A stretch of 61,008 nt of DNA, filler included. It is 4 parts of 4 records of this genome, joined end to end, with 100 filler letters (N's around TTAATTAATTAA, not from the genome) between each part and the next. Parts side by side here need not be neighbours in the genome. Positions count along the whole stretch, not along the records: positions 1 to 27,727 come from DRR723986_8122; positions 27,828 to 38,520 come from DRR723986_8126; 2 more parts are not named here. The stretch is one strand, 5' to 3'. How positions within the stretch are numbered: position 1 is the stretch's first letter; every line of letters begins with the position of its first letter. The translations under genes and the position numbers were made by a program. Under the pieces are notes generated by a model. The model worked only from the letters and a program-made list of their open reading frames with translations, was not told the DNA's origin and did no database searches. Shown piece after piece: positions 20,356 to 30,547 of the stretch.

Positions 20356-20679
20356 ATGATCGACAAAATGGGGGCCGTGAGTGGCCTGTTAAGCAGTGCG
20401 GTAACAGATGCCATCAAGAGCCCGTCGCTGACCAGCAAGCCACAGGCACTTGACCAGGCCTCGTTCGCTGATGCCATTGCCAAGGCTTTGGAAAGCGCAA
20501 GCCTGTCGGCCGACAAGGCTGCTGACCTGGGCAAGCGTTTGCAGATGGATGACCCCACTGCCTCGGTTGAAGAAACGGTGATCGCCATGAATACTTCATC
20601 GCTGCAATTCACAGCGGTGGTTCAGGCGCGTAACAAAATTCTTCAGGCCTACAACGACATCATGAACATGCCTGTGTAA
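20356..20679 (+). CDS. fliE: Hook-basal body protein FliE
   Basis: SFADAI, VQARNKILQAYNDIMNMPV; divergent from fliF; GGAG RBS before ATG 20356. Confidence 0.95.
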   Translation: MIDKMGAVSGLLSSAVTDAIKSPSLTSKPQALDQASFADAIAKALESASLSADKAADLGKRLQMDDPTASVEETVIAMNTSSLQFTAVVQARNKILQAYNDIMNMPV

Positions 20680-20761
20680 TATTTTGAAGTCGTTCTGAAT
20701 TCCAGACAGGCTGTGGCACAATCCAGTTCATTGACCCCATTGAAGAACTGGAGCCCAGCCC

Positions 20762-22303
20762 ATGATTGCACCTTTCCCGATTGCCCGAGACAACCGAGCC
20801 GAAACCGCAACCGACCTCTTTATGTTGCCTCAGTTGGCCAATCGGCATGGCTTGATTACTGGTGCAACCGGCACGGGCAAAACAGTTACTTTGCAGGTAT
20901 TGGCCGAAGCTTTTTCACGAATGGGTACGCCAGTGTTCATGGCCGATGTGAAAGGCGACTTGACCGGTATTTCCCAGCCCGGGAAAACTTCTCCGAAATT
21001 TGAAGAGCGTCTGAAAATGACTGGCATTCCTGTGCCGGAATTTGCAGGCAGCCCGGTGACTTTGTGGGATGTGTTTGGTGAACAGGGCCACCCGGTACGT
21101 GCCACCATCTCCGATATGGGGCCTTTGTTGTTGGGCCGGTTGTTGGGTTTGAACGACACGCAGGAAGGTGTGTTGAACCTGGTATTTAAAATTGCCGACG
21201 ACAACGGCATGCTGTTGCTGGACTTGAAGGATTTGCGTGCCATGCTGCAGTTCGTGGGTGAAAATGCCAAGCAGTTCACCACCGAGTACGGCAATATTTC
21301 TTCGGCTTCGGTGGGCGCCATTCAGCGCGGCCTGCTGGCCCTGGAAGGGCAAGGCGCCGACAAGTTCTTCGGTGAGCCCATGTTGAATATTGATGACCTG
21401 ATGCAAACTGACTCAAACGGCAAGGGCATCATCAACATTCTGGCAGCCAATCAGTTGATGAATTCGCCAAAGCTTTACGCCACATTCCTGTTGTGGTTGT
21501 TGTCTGAGCTGTTCGAGAATCTTCCTGAAGTGGGTGATGTCGAGAAACCCAAAATGGTGTTTTTCTTTGACGAGGCTCACCTGTTGTTCACCGATGCGCC
21601 CAAGCCATTGATTGAAAAAGTGGAGCTGGTGGTTCGCCTGATCCGTTCCAAAGGTGTAGGTGTTTATTTCGTGACCCAGAATCCGCTGGATGTTCCTGAT
21701 TCGGTGTTGGGGCAGCTCGGTAATCGCGTTCAGCATGCCCTGAGGGCGTTCACTCCGCGCGATCAGAAAGCGGTCAAAGTGGCGGCGGAAACCATGCGTC
21801 CGAATGCTGGCCTGGATATTGAAGCCGCCATTACCGAGTTGGGTGTCGGTGAAGCCTTGGTCAGTTTTCTCGATCCGAAGGGTACTCCCAGCCCAACTTG
21901 CCGCGCCTGGGTGTATCCACCTGCCAGCAAGTTTGGTCCGGCCAGTCCCGAGCAATGCAAGGAGTTGATTGCCAATTCATTGGTGGCAGGGGTGTATGAA
22001 AAAGCGGTGGATCGTGAATCGGCTTTTGAAATGTTGAAAGCGCGCACCGAGCAGGCGATGGCGGCGCAGGACGCTGCCGAGACACCCGCTGCACAGGGCG
22101 GGACTCAAGCCGCCGAAGAGAAGAGTACGCTCAGCGGTCTGGGAGACATGCTGTTTGGTACCAGCTCGGCGGGTGGGCGCAAGCGCCAGAGTGTGGCAGA
22201 GACCATGGCGAAGAGTGCGGCGCGCAGCATTGGCTCACAGGTAGGGCGTGAGCTGATGCGTGGCATTCTTGGTTCTCTGCTGGGTGGCAGCAAGCGACGC
22301 TGA
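20762..22303 (+). CDS. DUF853/YjgR-like HerA-FtsK family ATPase
   Basis: [57 protein letters not shown]. Confidence 0.9.
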   Translation: MIAPFPIARDNRAETATDLFMLPQLANRHGLITGATGTGKTVTLQVLAEAFSRMGTPVFMADVKGDLTGISQPGKTSPKFEERLKMTGIPVPEFAGSPVTLWDVFGEQGHPVRATISDMGPLLLGRLLGLNDTQEGVLNLVFKIADDNGMLLLDLKDLRAMLQFVGENAKQFTTEYGNISSASVGAIQRGLLALEGQGADKFFGEPMLNIDDLMQTDSNGKGIINILAANQLMNSPKLYATFLLWLLSELFENLPEVGDVEKPKMVFFFDEAHLLFTDAPKPLIEKVELVVRLIRSKGVGVYFVTQNPLDVPDSVLGQLGNRVQHALRAFTPRDQKAVKVAAETMRPNAGLDIEAAITELGVGEALVSFLDPKGTPSPTCRAWVYPPASKFGPASPEQCKELIANSLVAGVYEKAVDRESAFEMLKARTEQAMAAQDAAETPAAQGGTQAAEEKSTLSGLGDMLFGTSSAGGRKRQSVAETMAKSAARSIGSQVGRELMRGILGSLLGGSKRR

Positions 22304-22315
22304 CACATCCAGCAC

Positions 22316-23071
22316 CTAGTCGATCGAATGCAGGTTGGCGCGTTGTCGGCGTTCTGTGGCGAGCAGAAACCGCTGCAGCCTGCGTTCGGCGCCCCGTTCT
22401 ACCGTTTTCATTTCACATCCGAGTTGGACCATTTCCGGGTGGTCAGCCATCGGCTTGATGTTTCGCACCACCAACTCCACCAACATGCTGCCTTCGCCGT
22501 CGGGCAATGTGAGGCGAACATCCTGAATGACTTCTCCCGCCTGATGAAGGCTGGGTGGTGTTTGTAATGACAAGCCACAGCCAGCAAGGCTGATGTCGAT
22601 CAGGCTGATTGGGCTGCTCACCGTTGGAATTTCAAGTTTGACCTGTGCGTTTAATTCCTCATCGGCCATCACCCGGAAGTAATTTCGCCGTTGCAGGCGA
22701 ACGACGGTTTTGGGTATGGCAACGCGCAGGGCATCAGCCCCCTGGTATTGGCTCTGTAGAATTCCCATGCCTGCAAACTGCACTTTCACGCCGTCCGGAA
22801 AACTCACCATGACATAGGCCGTTGAAGCATCGCACTTGCTACTGAGGGTTTTGTCGTAGGGTGTACCCAGCCACATGAGGCCGCTGGTCCAATCGATATT
22901 CAGTATTTCAGTGACAAACTGAGTGTGGTCGGCTTGCAGGTATACATACAGCTCATGCTCGTCTTCATCGATGGTGGTGATTAGTTTGCGCACAGTGGGT
23001 ACTGCGCTCAAACTGAATTCCTCAAGCAGTTTTTGATCGCGTTCTGGGGCGATACTGGTGTTGTGACTCAT
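22316..23071 (-). CDS. ycgR: Flagellar brake protein (YcgR-N plus PilZ)
   Basis: DGVKVQF, PilZ motifs QRRNYFR and DISLAG. Confidence 0.88.
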   Translation of the reverse strand: MSHNTSIAPERDQKLLEEFSLSAVPTVRKLITTIDEDEHELYVYLQADHTQFVTEILNIDWTSGLMWLGTPYDKTLSSKCDASTAYVMVSFPDGVKVQFAGMGILQSQYQGADALRVAIPKTVVRLQRRNYFRVMADEELNAQVKLEIPTVSSPISLIDISLAGCGLSLQTPPSLHQAGEVIQDVRLTLPDGEGSMLVELVVRNIKPMADHPEMVQLGCEMKTVERGAERRLQRFLLATERRQRANLHSID

Positions 23072-23073
23072 GA

Positions 23074-23355
23074 CTATCCCTCTGTACTGAATTCTTTGTT
23101 TTCTATTTGATACACCCAGGCCAACAATTCTGCAATCGCCTGGTAGAGACCCGGTGGAATTTGTTGGTCCAGGTCGACATTCATCAGCAACGAGACCAGC
23201 TCGCGACTTTCGTGAACAAACACTCCGGATTCTTTGGCTTTCTGGATAATTTGTTCTGCAATTAAGCCCTGACCTTTGGCCACCACCTTGGGTGCACCTG
23301 AGTGTTCCAGGTAAGCCAAGGCCACAGCTTGTTGGGGGCTGAGTTTATTCGCCAA
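23074..23355 (-). CDS. FlhB C-terminal-like (EscU/YscU family) small protein
   Basis: AVALAY..APKVVAKGQGLIAEQII, IPPGLYQAIAELLAWVY. Confidence 0.9.
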   Translation of the reverse strand: MANKLSPQQAVALAYLEHSGAPKVVAKGQGLIAEQIIQKAKESGVFVHESRELVSLLMNVDLDQQIPPGLYQAIAELLAWVYQIENKEFSTEG

Positions 23356-24610
23356 TTTCCAACCCCGTCGGTGTCATGAATTGGCCGTGGACCAGCTTGA
23401 GTCCTTTGTCATCCATGGCTTGCCGAAAGGTTTGCCAATGGGGATCAATGACCTGTTTGCTGCGTGCAGATCCGGTAATTTGCACATCACATTGTGAACC
23501 TACCATACGCACCCGGACATTCAGTTCGCCCAAATGAGCCATGTCCAGTTTCAGGCGTGCAACCCAGGGGCGGGCAGGCTCCTCGCTGTTCGGCTCTTCC
23601 TGATCTCCGGCCTGTTCATGGTCTGGTTCAATGTCGATTTGAACCGGGTGTCCCAACAAGCCGCTAAGCGCCAGAGAAATTCGATTGTTGTCCAGTGCAG
23701 CCAGTTGCGCAGTAACCAGTTTGACCGATTGATCGACGGCAGAGGGGTTCAGACCTTTTTCCGAGATCACCTGTTCCTGTCCGAATCGCGCTTGAGGTTC
23801 TCTTGCAATTTGGTCGGTACTGCGTTGGCCATTGGCCCACTGTTGTAAATGCGATTCGTAAAACAAACCGCTGTTTTCTACGGCAGCACTGACCTGTTTT
23901 GCCAATACACCAGCAAGACTGTTGTTCAGTTGGTTCGATGTGTTCACACTTTGGGCTTGTTGCGCCTGGCTTTGAGGTGTAGTTTGCGCCACGGTGCGGG
24001 TATTGGGCGTTGTATTGTCGGGGTCAGCCAGCAAGACGCCGGGCAGGTTGGTTTGTGTTTGAAACTGTGCACTCAATTGCTTCAGGCTGGTCATCACCGA
24101 GGTGGACACTTGGGTGGGTGAACCCTGGCCCAAACGTTCAAGAAGACCAATCAATCGCGCTGTGCCCGAGAGTCGATCCACGAAACTGGGGGAGTCCTGA
24201 GCCTCACCATCCTCAGTGGTTGCGGGCAAAGGCGTGAGCAGATTGCGGGCTTCAGCAATTTTCTTACTGCCGCTGCTGCCACCTGCGGACAAGTCATCCC
24301 CTTTGCCGGACAGGGCAAAGGCGACGGTGACCATTTCGCCCGCAGTGAGCTGTCGTCCAGGAGGTAATTTGACTTGAATGTTCTGGCCGGCAAACTCCAG
24401 TTCTGCCTCATTGCCCGGACCTCCTTTCACCACACGCACCAAGGCGGTTTGCCCGGCAAGTTGCTGGGCTTGTGGTAGCGGGAGTTGACGGGTCAGTATG
24501 GCAACCACAGGTGCGATCTCGCCTTTGCCAGACGAAACACGATCCCCAGGATTGGATTGAAGTACAGAATTGACGCTGGGCGGAGCCGATTTAACCGGGG
24601 TTAATGTCAT
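23345..24610 (-). CDS. Second FliK-like protein
   Basis: SGLFYESHLQQW motif and C-terminal W..RLKLDMAHLGELNVRV domain; coupled to the FlhB-C-like gene. Confidence 0.75.
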   Translation of the reverse strand: MTLTPVKSAPPSVNSVLQSNPGDRVSSGKGEIAPVVAILTRQLPLPQAQQLAGQTALVRVVKGGPGNEAELEFAGQNIQVKLPPGRQLTAGEMVTVAFALSGKGDDLSAGGSSGSKKIAEARNLLTPLPATTEDGEAQDSPSFVDRLSGTARLIGLLERLGQGSPTQVSTSVMTSLKQLSAQFQTQTNLPGVLLADPDNTTPNTRTVAQTTPQSQAQQAQSVNTSNQLNNSLAGVLAKQVSAAVENSGLFYESHLQQWANGQRSTDQIAREPQARFGQEQVISEKGLNPSAVDQSVKLVTAQLAALDNNRISLALSGLLGHPVQIDIEPDHEQAGDQEEPNSEEPARPWVARLKLDMAHLGELNVRVRMVGSQCDVQITGSARSKQVIDPHWQTFRQAMDDKGLKLVHGQFMTPTGLEIGE

Positions 24611-24640
24611 GTCTCACACCCGTTGCTTTAGCGCAATGGC

Positions 24641-24988
24641 TTAGTTGGACCCATAAGAGTTGCTGAGTTTCTGCGAGTTGTTGGCTGCGCGAAGAAATTC
24701 TTCCAACTGCTTAAGGCGGGGTTCAGTGATGTCGCGAATGGCAGCGTCATCAGCCAGAATCTTTTTCAGATAGCCAATGTGCTGGCTGCGTTCCTTTTCA
24801 TTCAACTCGGTTTGTTGTGCTTCCTTGATTGCCTGAAGCTCGTGGATCAATTTTGAGCACTGTTCTTCGGCAGCACACAACTCATCCCAATTGCCGGCCT
24901 TGGCCGAATCAAGCATCACCTGGCTTTGATTCGCTATGGCAGCGTACAGCTTCATGATTGCACCGTTGTTGTCTGTCGCGAAGATCAT
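24641..24988 (-). CDS. fliT: Flagellar chaperone FliT
   Basis: MLDSAKAGNWDEL, KILADDAAIRDITEPRL. Confidence 0.88.
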   Translation of the reverse strand: MIFATDNNGAIMKLYAAIANQSQVMLDSAKAGNWDELCAAEEQCSKLIHELQAIKEAQQTELNEKERSQHIGYLKKILADDAAIRDITEPRLKQLEEFLRAANNSQKLSNSYGSN

Positions 24989-25014
24989 GGTCGAGAGCGG
25001 TCCTAAATGTGTTG

Positions 25015-25407
25015 TTATGGTTTGGTGGCAGACTGGCCGATTTCCAGCCAGGCAGTGCGCAAGTCGTCCAGCAAGTCGATGCAGGTGTCCATGCGTTCCG
25101 GACTGTTTTGGGCGTTGGCCAAAATCAGTTCTTTGCCGATGTAGTCGTACAGTGCGAGCAATTGCTGAGCCAGCGCACCGCCAGCATTCACGTCCAGCGA
25201 CGCAGTCAATCCGTCTTTGATGATGCGCAGCGCCTTGTCCACCGATTTGGTCTTCATCTCGATGTTTTGCATTTCAAGGTAAATTTTGGCTTTGCGAATG
25301 GCCTCGATTGCCCCTTCGTAAAGCATCACAATGAGGCCGTGTGGTGAGGCACTGTTGATGCCTGTTTCCAGTCCTACCTGTGCGTATGCTTTTGCGCCGT
25401 ACATCAT
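25015..25407 (-). CDS. fliS: Flagellin chaperone FliS
   Basis: AYAQVG, ASPHGLIVMLYEGAI, LYDY, LRTAW. Confidence 0.96.
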   Translation of the reverse strand: MMYGAKAYAQVGLETGINSASPHGLIVMLYEGAIEAIRKAKIYLEMQNIEMKTKSVDKALRIIKDGLTASLDVNAGGALAQQLLALYDYIGKELILANAQNSPERMDTCIDLLDDLRTAWLEIGQSATKP

Positions 25408-25505
25408 GGTGCGTTCACTTGGTAATTTGTCTTAAACAAATGGTAGGGCCTGTAGCCCCTGTTTGATCCGACTAAAAACAGGGGTTTTAGGGCACAGTTC
25501 CGCGC

Positions 25506-27155
25506 TTACCGCTGTTGGGCCAGCGCGGCCAGTTGCTGGCTGAGATAAGAGCTGGTTTGCTGCATGCTGGCCAACATCGAGTCCAGCGCCGTGAATTGGG
25601 CGCGGTAGCGCTTTTCCACCTGTTCAAGTCGCAGGTTGATTCGGTCTTCCTGGTCGTCCAGGCGGGATTTTCTGCTGTTTAGTCCATCTGTTCTGGATAC
25701 CAGGGTGCCGCCTTCGTCGGTCAGGCTGCCTATCCAGTCGCTGAGCCTTTCAGCCAGGCCCTTGCTGAAGGTAATCGAGCCCATGTTGCCGCTGGCTCCT
25801 TGAACCACCGAGAATTGCAGACCCTCGCTGGCGTTTCCGGTAGCACCGGTCAGAACATTGCCCACACCTGTACCCGCCACACCATTGATGGTGCCTGCAA
25901 TCGTATTGCTACCATCGTAAGCCGTGCTTATATTGACTGCATAAGTGCCTTCCTGGGTCATGCTGCTCGCACCCAGGTACTTCACACGCGCGTCAGTGCT
26001 TGTCGCGGTGTTGGTGAAAACCTTTTCCAGAATGGAAGGGTCTGCAGCCACGGCTGAGTCAAGTTTGCTTTTGTTGAGTGACAAAACTCCGTCTTTGTCA
26101 AAGCTAAGACCAATGTCACTCAAGCCTAGGCCGTATTGGGCCACTTGTTCACGCAGAATATTGCGAAGACCACGTTCGAGCGTGGATGGTGTTGTTTCCT
26201 TGGACAAGGTGGCATCTTTTTGCTGCTGGTCTTTCAGATTGCCGCGAATCTTGTTGTAAGCGGACACGAATCCGTCCAGTGTGGTTTTCAGTGCCGTGTC
26301 ATCCAGCCCAACTTCCAGATTCACTGCCGTGGTGGTCACGGCTTTCAGGTTCAGGGTGAGGCCCTGAACTGCATCAGTCACTGTGTTGCTGGCCTTGCTG
26401 ACCGCCAGGTTGTTGATGGTGAAGTTGGCGTTTTGCGCCACTTGAAGCGAGCTGGCATTTTTACCTGAGCCTACTGCGGCTGTGGGATCAAAGGCAAGCC
26501 TGGACAGCCCGGCAGTGTCGGTGTTGTTCCCGTCGGCGTCAGCCACTTCCAGTTTAAAACCATTCACCGCACCTGTTTCCTTGCTGGTCAACACCAAGCG
26601 AGCGCCGGTACCGTCATTGATGATCGAGGCAGTTACGCCTGAATTCGAATCGTTAATGGCCTGACGAATGCCGTCCAGCGTTTGCTGCCCGGTGCCAATG
26701 TTGATGGTCACCGGGGTTTTATCCGGATTATTCGTAAAGGTGTTGCTGCCTGAGTCATAGCTGCCCAAGGTGATGGTCAGGCTGCCTGTACCGACGGTGG
26801 TGTCGGCCGTGGCCACACTGGATGCCGCCACGCTTTGGGCTTTGGCCAGTTGACTCACTTGTATGCTGTAAGTGCCTTTGGCGGCGCTGGCGCTGGCCGT
26901 CGCAGCCACCTGTTTGTCGTCGCTTGAAGTCACTTTCAATGGATTCAGATTGCTCAGGTTGCTGAGTTTGTCAGCGGCTGATTTCAGGTCTGCAAACGAG
27001 TTCTTGATGATGCCGTAGATGGAAATCTTGGTATTGATCGCAGTGCGTTCCTGACTTACTTTGGTCAGTGGAATACGTTCAGCAGCCATCAAAGAGCCGA
27101 TGATGCCCTCAATGTCCAGTCCTGAGCCAATTCCTGCAGATGAGATTCCTACCAT
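25506..27155 (-). CDS. fliD: Filament cap protein FliD
   Basis: ISSAGIGSGLD, VSQLAKAQ, RYRAQFTALD. Confidence 0.96.
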   Translation of the reverse strand: MVGISSAGIGSGLDIEGIIGSLMAAERIPLTKVSQERTAINTKISIYGIIKNSFADLKSAADKLSNLSNLNPLKVTSSDDKQVAATASASAAKGTYSIQVSQLAKAQSVAASSVATADTTVGTGSLTITLGSYDSGSNTFTNNPDKTPVTINIGTGQQTLDGIRQAINDSNSGVTASIINDGTGARLVLTSKETGAVNGFKLEVADADGNNTDTAGLSRLAFDPTAAVGSGKNASSLQVAQNANFTINNLAVSKASNTVTDAVQGLTLNLKAVTTTAVNLEVGLDDTALKTTLDGFVSAYNKIRGNLKDQQQKDATLSKETTPSTLERGLRNILREQVAQYGLGLSDIGLSFDKDGVLSLNKSKLDSAVAADPSILEKVFTNTATSTDARVKYLGASSMTQEGTYAVNISTAYDGSNTIAGTINGVAGTGVGNVLTGATGNASEGLQFSVVQGASGNMGSITFSKGLAERLSDWIGSLTDEGGTLVSRTDGLNSRKSRLDDQEDRINLRLEQVEKRYRAQFTALDSMLASMQQTSSYLSQQLAALAQQR

Positions 27156-27177
27156 GATTTATTCCCCTTGTTGCGTT

Positions 27178-27531
27178 CTAGACTTCGCGAGACATGAGAA
27201 CGCCTTGCATTTTCTCAATCGCTTTTGCGATCTTCAGCATTTCCACCGATGGAATCTGTTTCAGTACTTCCTGCGTTTCCCTGTCAACGATCTGGACAAT
27301 CGGCTTGCCGTTGTCGCTGTCGACCAAAAACTTCAGGTTGGATTGATTACTCGTGAGTGCGGCGTTTGCTTTCTGAACCACTTCAAGCACTTCGCTCACG
27401 CTCAACTCGGCCCGTTCTCCCATGGGTGATTGGACTCCCATGTTTTGAGCCGGTTTAGTGTTCGTTGCGTCCTGCGGTTTCTGCAGGCCAGTTGCATAAT
27501 CAGCCATGTTTGAAATGTTCATTTTCGCCAC
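27178..27531 (-). CDS. flaG: Flagellar protein FlaG
   Basis: LKFLVD, VQIVDRETQEVLKQIPS; between fliC and fliD. Confidence 0.92.
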   Translation of the reverse strand: MAKMNISNMADYATGLQKPQDATNTKPAQNMGVQSPMGERAELSVSEVLEVVQKANAALTSNQSNLKFLVDSDNGKPIVQIVDRETQEVLKQIPSVEMLKIAKAIEKMQGVLMSREV

Positions 27532-27574
27532 CTTTGCGAATTCTAAGCGGGCAAGACAAGACCCTATGACTTGA

Positions 27575-27602
27575 TTAACGGCAGGTTTAGGGGTTTTCTT
27601 TA
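27575..27602 (-). promoter_or_regulatory. Sigma-28-like promoter for the flaG-fliDST operon
   Basis: Minus strand TAAA-N16-GCCGTTAA (one nt longer than the canonical N15) just upstream of flaG. Confidence 0.5.
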
Positions 27603-27607
27603 ACGTT

Positions 27608-27642
27608 AAAAAGCCCGGTGAGCTTGATTCACCGGGCTTTTT
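27608..27642. terminator. Intrinsic terminator downstream of flagellin (bidirectional shape)
   Basis: AAAAAGCCCGGTGA-gcttgat-TCACCGGGCTTTTT. Confidence 0.85.
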
Positions 27643-27698
27643 GTTCGATTTGAATCTGCTTTTGGCAAATTCTCGTCTGGTTTCAGATCAAATCTGAA

Positions 27699-27727
27699 TT
27701 AACGCAGCAAGCTCAACACGTTGTTGG
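27699..27727 (-). CDS. fliC: Flagellin, last codons only (contig end)
   Basis: Reverse complement reads ...NNVLSLLR-stop, the typical flagellin C-terminus; upstream of flaG/fliD; not in the ORF track. Confidence 0.85.
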
Positions 27728-27827
27728 NNNNNNNNNNNNNNNNNNNNNNNNNNNNNNNNNNNNNNNNNNNNTTAATTAATTAANNNNNNNNNNNNNNNNN
27801 NNNNNNNNNNNNNNNNNNNNNNNNNNN
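27728..27827. other. Artificial contig spacer
   Basis: 44 N + TTAATTAATTAA (stops in all six frames) + 44 N. Confidence 0.99.
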
Positions 27828-28592
27828 GGCTACCTTTTTCTTAGGTGCTGCTTTCTTGGCCGCTGCCTTTTTCTTGGGAGCTGCCTTCTTCTTCACCGTC
27901 GCCTTACGCTTGGGTGCTGCCTTCTTCGCTGCTGCTTTCTTCACGGTCGACTTACTCCTTGTAGCGGCTTTTTTCGCGGCTACCTTGGTTTTGGTTTTGG
28001 CTTTTTTGGGGGTGGTGCTCTTTTTGCGGGTTGTTGCTTTCCGCTTGGTTGTTGCTTTCTTACGCTTGCTCTTCGACTTGGGAGACAAGGCCTTCTCGGC
28101 TTTAGCAGCCGCATTCTTTACTCGCCGCGCCGCTTTCCGCGCTGCAGCCCTGGCCTTTGCCTCAGCTTTTTTCTCGGCAGCCTTGGCTTTTGCCCTGGCT
28201 TTTTTCTCTGCGGCTTTGACCTGCTTGAGCAATTTCTTTTCCAACGCTGCCAGCTTCCTGGCGTCTGACCGTGCACGCGCCCTGGCCCACTTCTCCGCGT
28301 GAGCAGCCATGGCTTTTGCCTTGTCGAGCTCGGCTTTCAATGCCAGCTCAGCTTTCTTCTCCAGCAGCTGCTCTTTTGCCGCGATCTCTAGCGCTTTCGC
28401 CTTGGCGCTGGCGAACGCATCTTCAATCGACTTGCGCGCAGTTGCGACCGTGCCACCGGCGCGCTTTGCAGGTGCCTTGCGTGTTTTCTTTGCTGGTGCC
28501 TTACGCTTTACCGTTGTTTTGCGCTTTGCGGGCGCTTTACTGGCCGCCTTCGCGCGGCCCCGGGTGCTTGCTTTCTTTTTAGCAGTTGCCAT
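27828..28592 (-). CDS. Lys/Ala-rich histone-H1-like protein, 3'-truncated
   Basis: APAKRK/KKAAPK/KATTKRK repeats flanking a helical core; GGAG RBS and a good sigma-70 promoter; runs into the spacer. Confidence 0.75.
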
Positions 28593-28632
28593 AAGACAGT
28601 TCTCCGGCTTTTTTATTAATTAACGCCCGAAC

Positions 28633-28661
28633 AACATAGCAACAAAAAAAAATGCATACAA
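28633..28661 (-). promoter_or_regulatory. Sigma-70-like promoter of the histone-like gene
   Basis: Minus strand TTGTAT-N17-TATGTT with extended -10 TG. Confidence 0.5.
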
Positions 28662-28922
28662 GTATCTGAAAACGCAAGAAAAGTTAAAAACTATTGAGAA
28701 ATATACCGTACTGCAAGCGCATAAAGCGAAGTTGCCCGGTCAGATTGCGGGCTCGCTCATCAGGATAAACGCGTAAAACCCCTTTTTTTACAGCGTTTTG
28801 GCAAGAACGGAGGGCGAGGCGGAAATATGCTTTCCCGAACAGGCGGCAAGTGAGGCGGCTCCAAACCCTGCTAACTGCTGCTTAGCATTACCAAAAAAAA
28901 TGCGATGTGAATCGCCAGAAAC

Positions 28923-28948
28923 AAAAAAAGGGAGCCAGGCTCCCTTTT
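28923..28948 (-). terminator. Intrinsic terminator after adk
   Basis: AAAAGGGAGC-CAG-GCTCCCTTTT hairpin with a T7 run on the minus strand. Confidence 0.8.
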
Positions 28949-28966
28949 GAACACAAAGCATGTGGC

Positions 28967-29614
<648 letters not shown>

Positions 29615-29732
29615 TCAGAAATGTCCTCGCGGTGGTCGATACGACGGCTCCCGGAACGGAGCGTCTATGAAGCTCATTGAAGTAGCGGAGGCTAACCTTA
29701 CACAGGGGCCGTAATCAGCACAAGCCCGACGC

Positions 29733-30539
29733 TCAGGCCAGCTTGGCCTTGCGCCAGAGTTGTTCCAGCTCCGCCGGCGTCATACTGTCCAGCTGCAGAC
29801 CCGCTGCCATTGCCTGCTGCTCCATATGAGCGAAGCGCTGCTCGAATTTTGACGAGGCGCGCCGCAGGCTGCTCTCTGCATCCAGCTTGAGATGACGCGC
29901 AAGATTGACGCAGGAGAACAGCAGGTCGCCCAGTTCCTCCTCCCTCGCCAGCTGGTCTCCAGCGCTCATCGCGGTGCGCAGTTCGGCGATCTCCTCCTCG
30001 ATTTTGTCGAGTACCCCGGAAGCCTCCGACCAGTCGAAACCAACCCCAGCGGCGCGCTTCTGCAGTTTCTGCGCCCGCGGCAAGGCGGGAAGCGCTACCG
30101 GCACATCGGCAAGCACACCGGTCAGGCGCCGGGCATGGCGCTCTTCCTGCTTGATGGCCTCCCAGGTTTCCTTGACCTCTCCGACCTCGACTTTCCGCGC
30201 CACAATGCCCTCGATATCGCCGTCGGCGAACACATGCGGGTGCCTGCGCACCAGCTTGTCCACCAGGGTGTGGACAATCCGGTTAAAACTGAACAGCCCC
30301 TGCTCCTGGCCGAGCTGGGAGTAGAAGATCACCTGAAACAGCACATCCCCCAGTTCCTCAGCGACATGGGGGAAGTCGCCATGCTCGATGGCCTCGGCGA
30401 GCTCATAGCACTCCTCGAGCGTCGATGGAACAATACTGCGAAAATCCTGTGCCAGATCCCAAGGGCAGCCGTTTTCCGGGTCTCTGAGCCGCTGCATTAC
30501 CCGAAGCAGGTCGGCAAGTGTGTAGGATGCGTCGCTCAC
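29733..30539 (-). CDS. mazG: Nucleoside triphosphate pyrophosphohydrolase
   Basis: LRDPENGCPWD, EECYE, EELGDVL, RRHPHVF, second MazG domain EELGDLLF; follows relA. Confidence 0.96.
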   Translation of the reverse strand: MSDASYTLADLLRVMQRLRDPENGCPWDLAQDFRSIVPSTLEECYELAEAIEHGDFPHVAEELGDVLFQVIFYSQLGQEQGLFSFNRIVHTLVDKLVRRHPHVFADGDIEGIVARKVEVGEVKETWEAIKQEERHARRLTGVLADVPVALPALPRAQKLQKRAAGVGFDWSEASGVLDKIEEEIAELRTAMSAGDQLAREEELGDLLFSCVNLARHLKLDAESSLRRASSKFEQRFAHMEQQAMAAGLQLDSMTPAELEQLWRKAKLA

Positions 30540-30547
30540 AGTCAGGC

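Noticed and set aside
20762-22303. HerA-like ATPase as part of a defence system (Sir2-HerA, NurA-HerA)
   Set aside because: No partner nuclease or sirtuin adjacent; sequence fits the stand-alone DUF853 family
25455-25488. Hairpin CCCCTGTTT...AAACAGGGG between fliD and fliS
   Set aside because: No U-tract in the transcribed (minus) direction; cannot call a terminator or promoter with confidence
27772-27783. TTAATTAATTAA recurring three times, possibly a repeat or att site
   Set aside because: Always centred in N runs of fixed length; an artificial six-frame-stop linker
27828-28100. Short repeated DNA units (GCTTTCTT/GCCTTCTT) suggesting a CRISPR or tandem array
   Set aside because: They encode Lys/Ala peptide repeats; no constant repeat with unique spacers and no cas genes
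27699-28592. Apparent linkage of flagellin to the histone-like gene, and of ffs to aceA
   Set aside because: Separated by contig spacers and probably from different organisms
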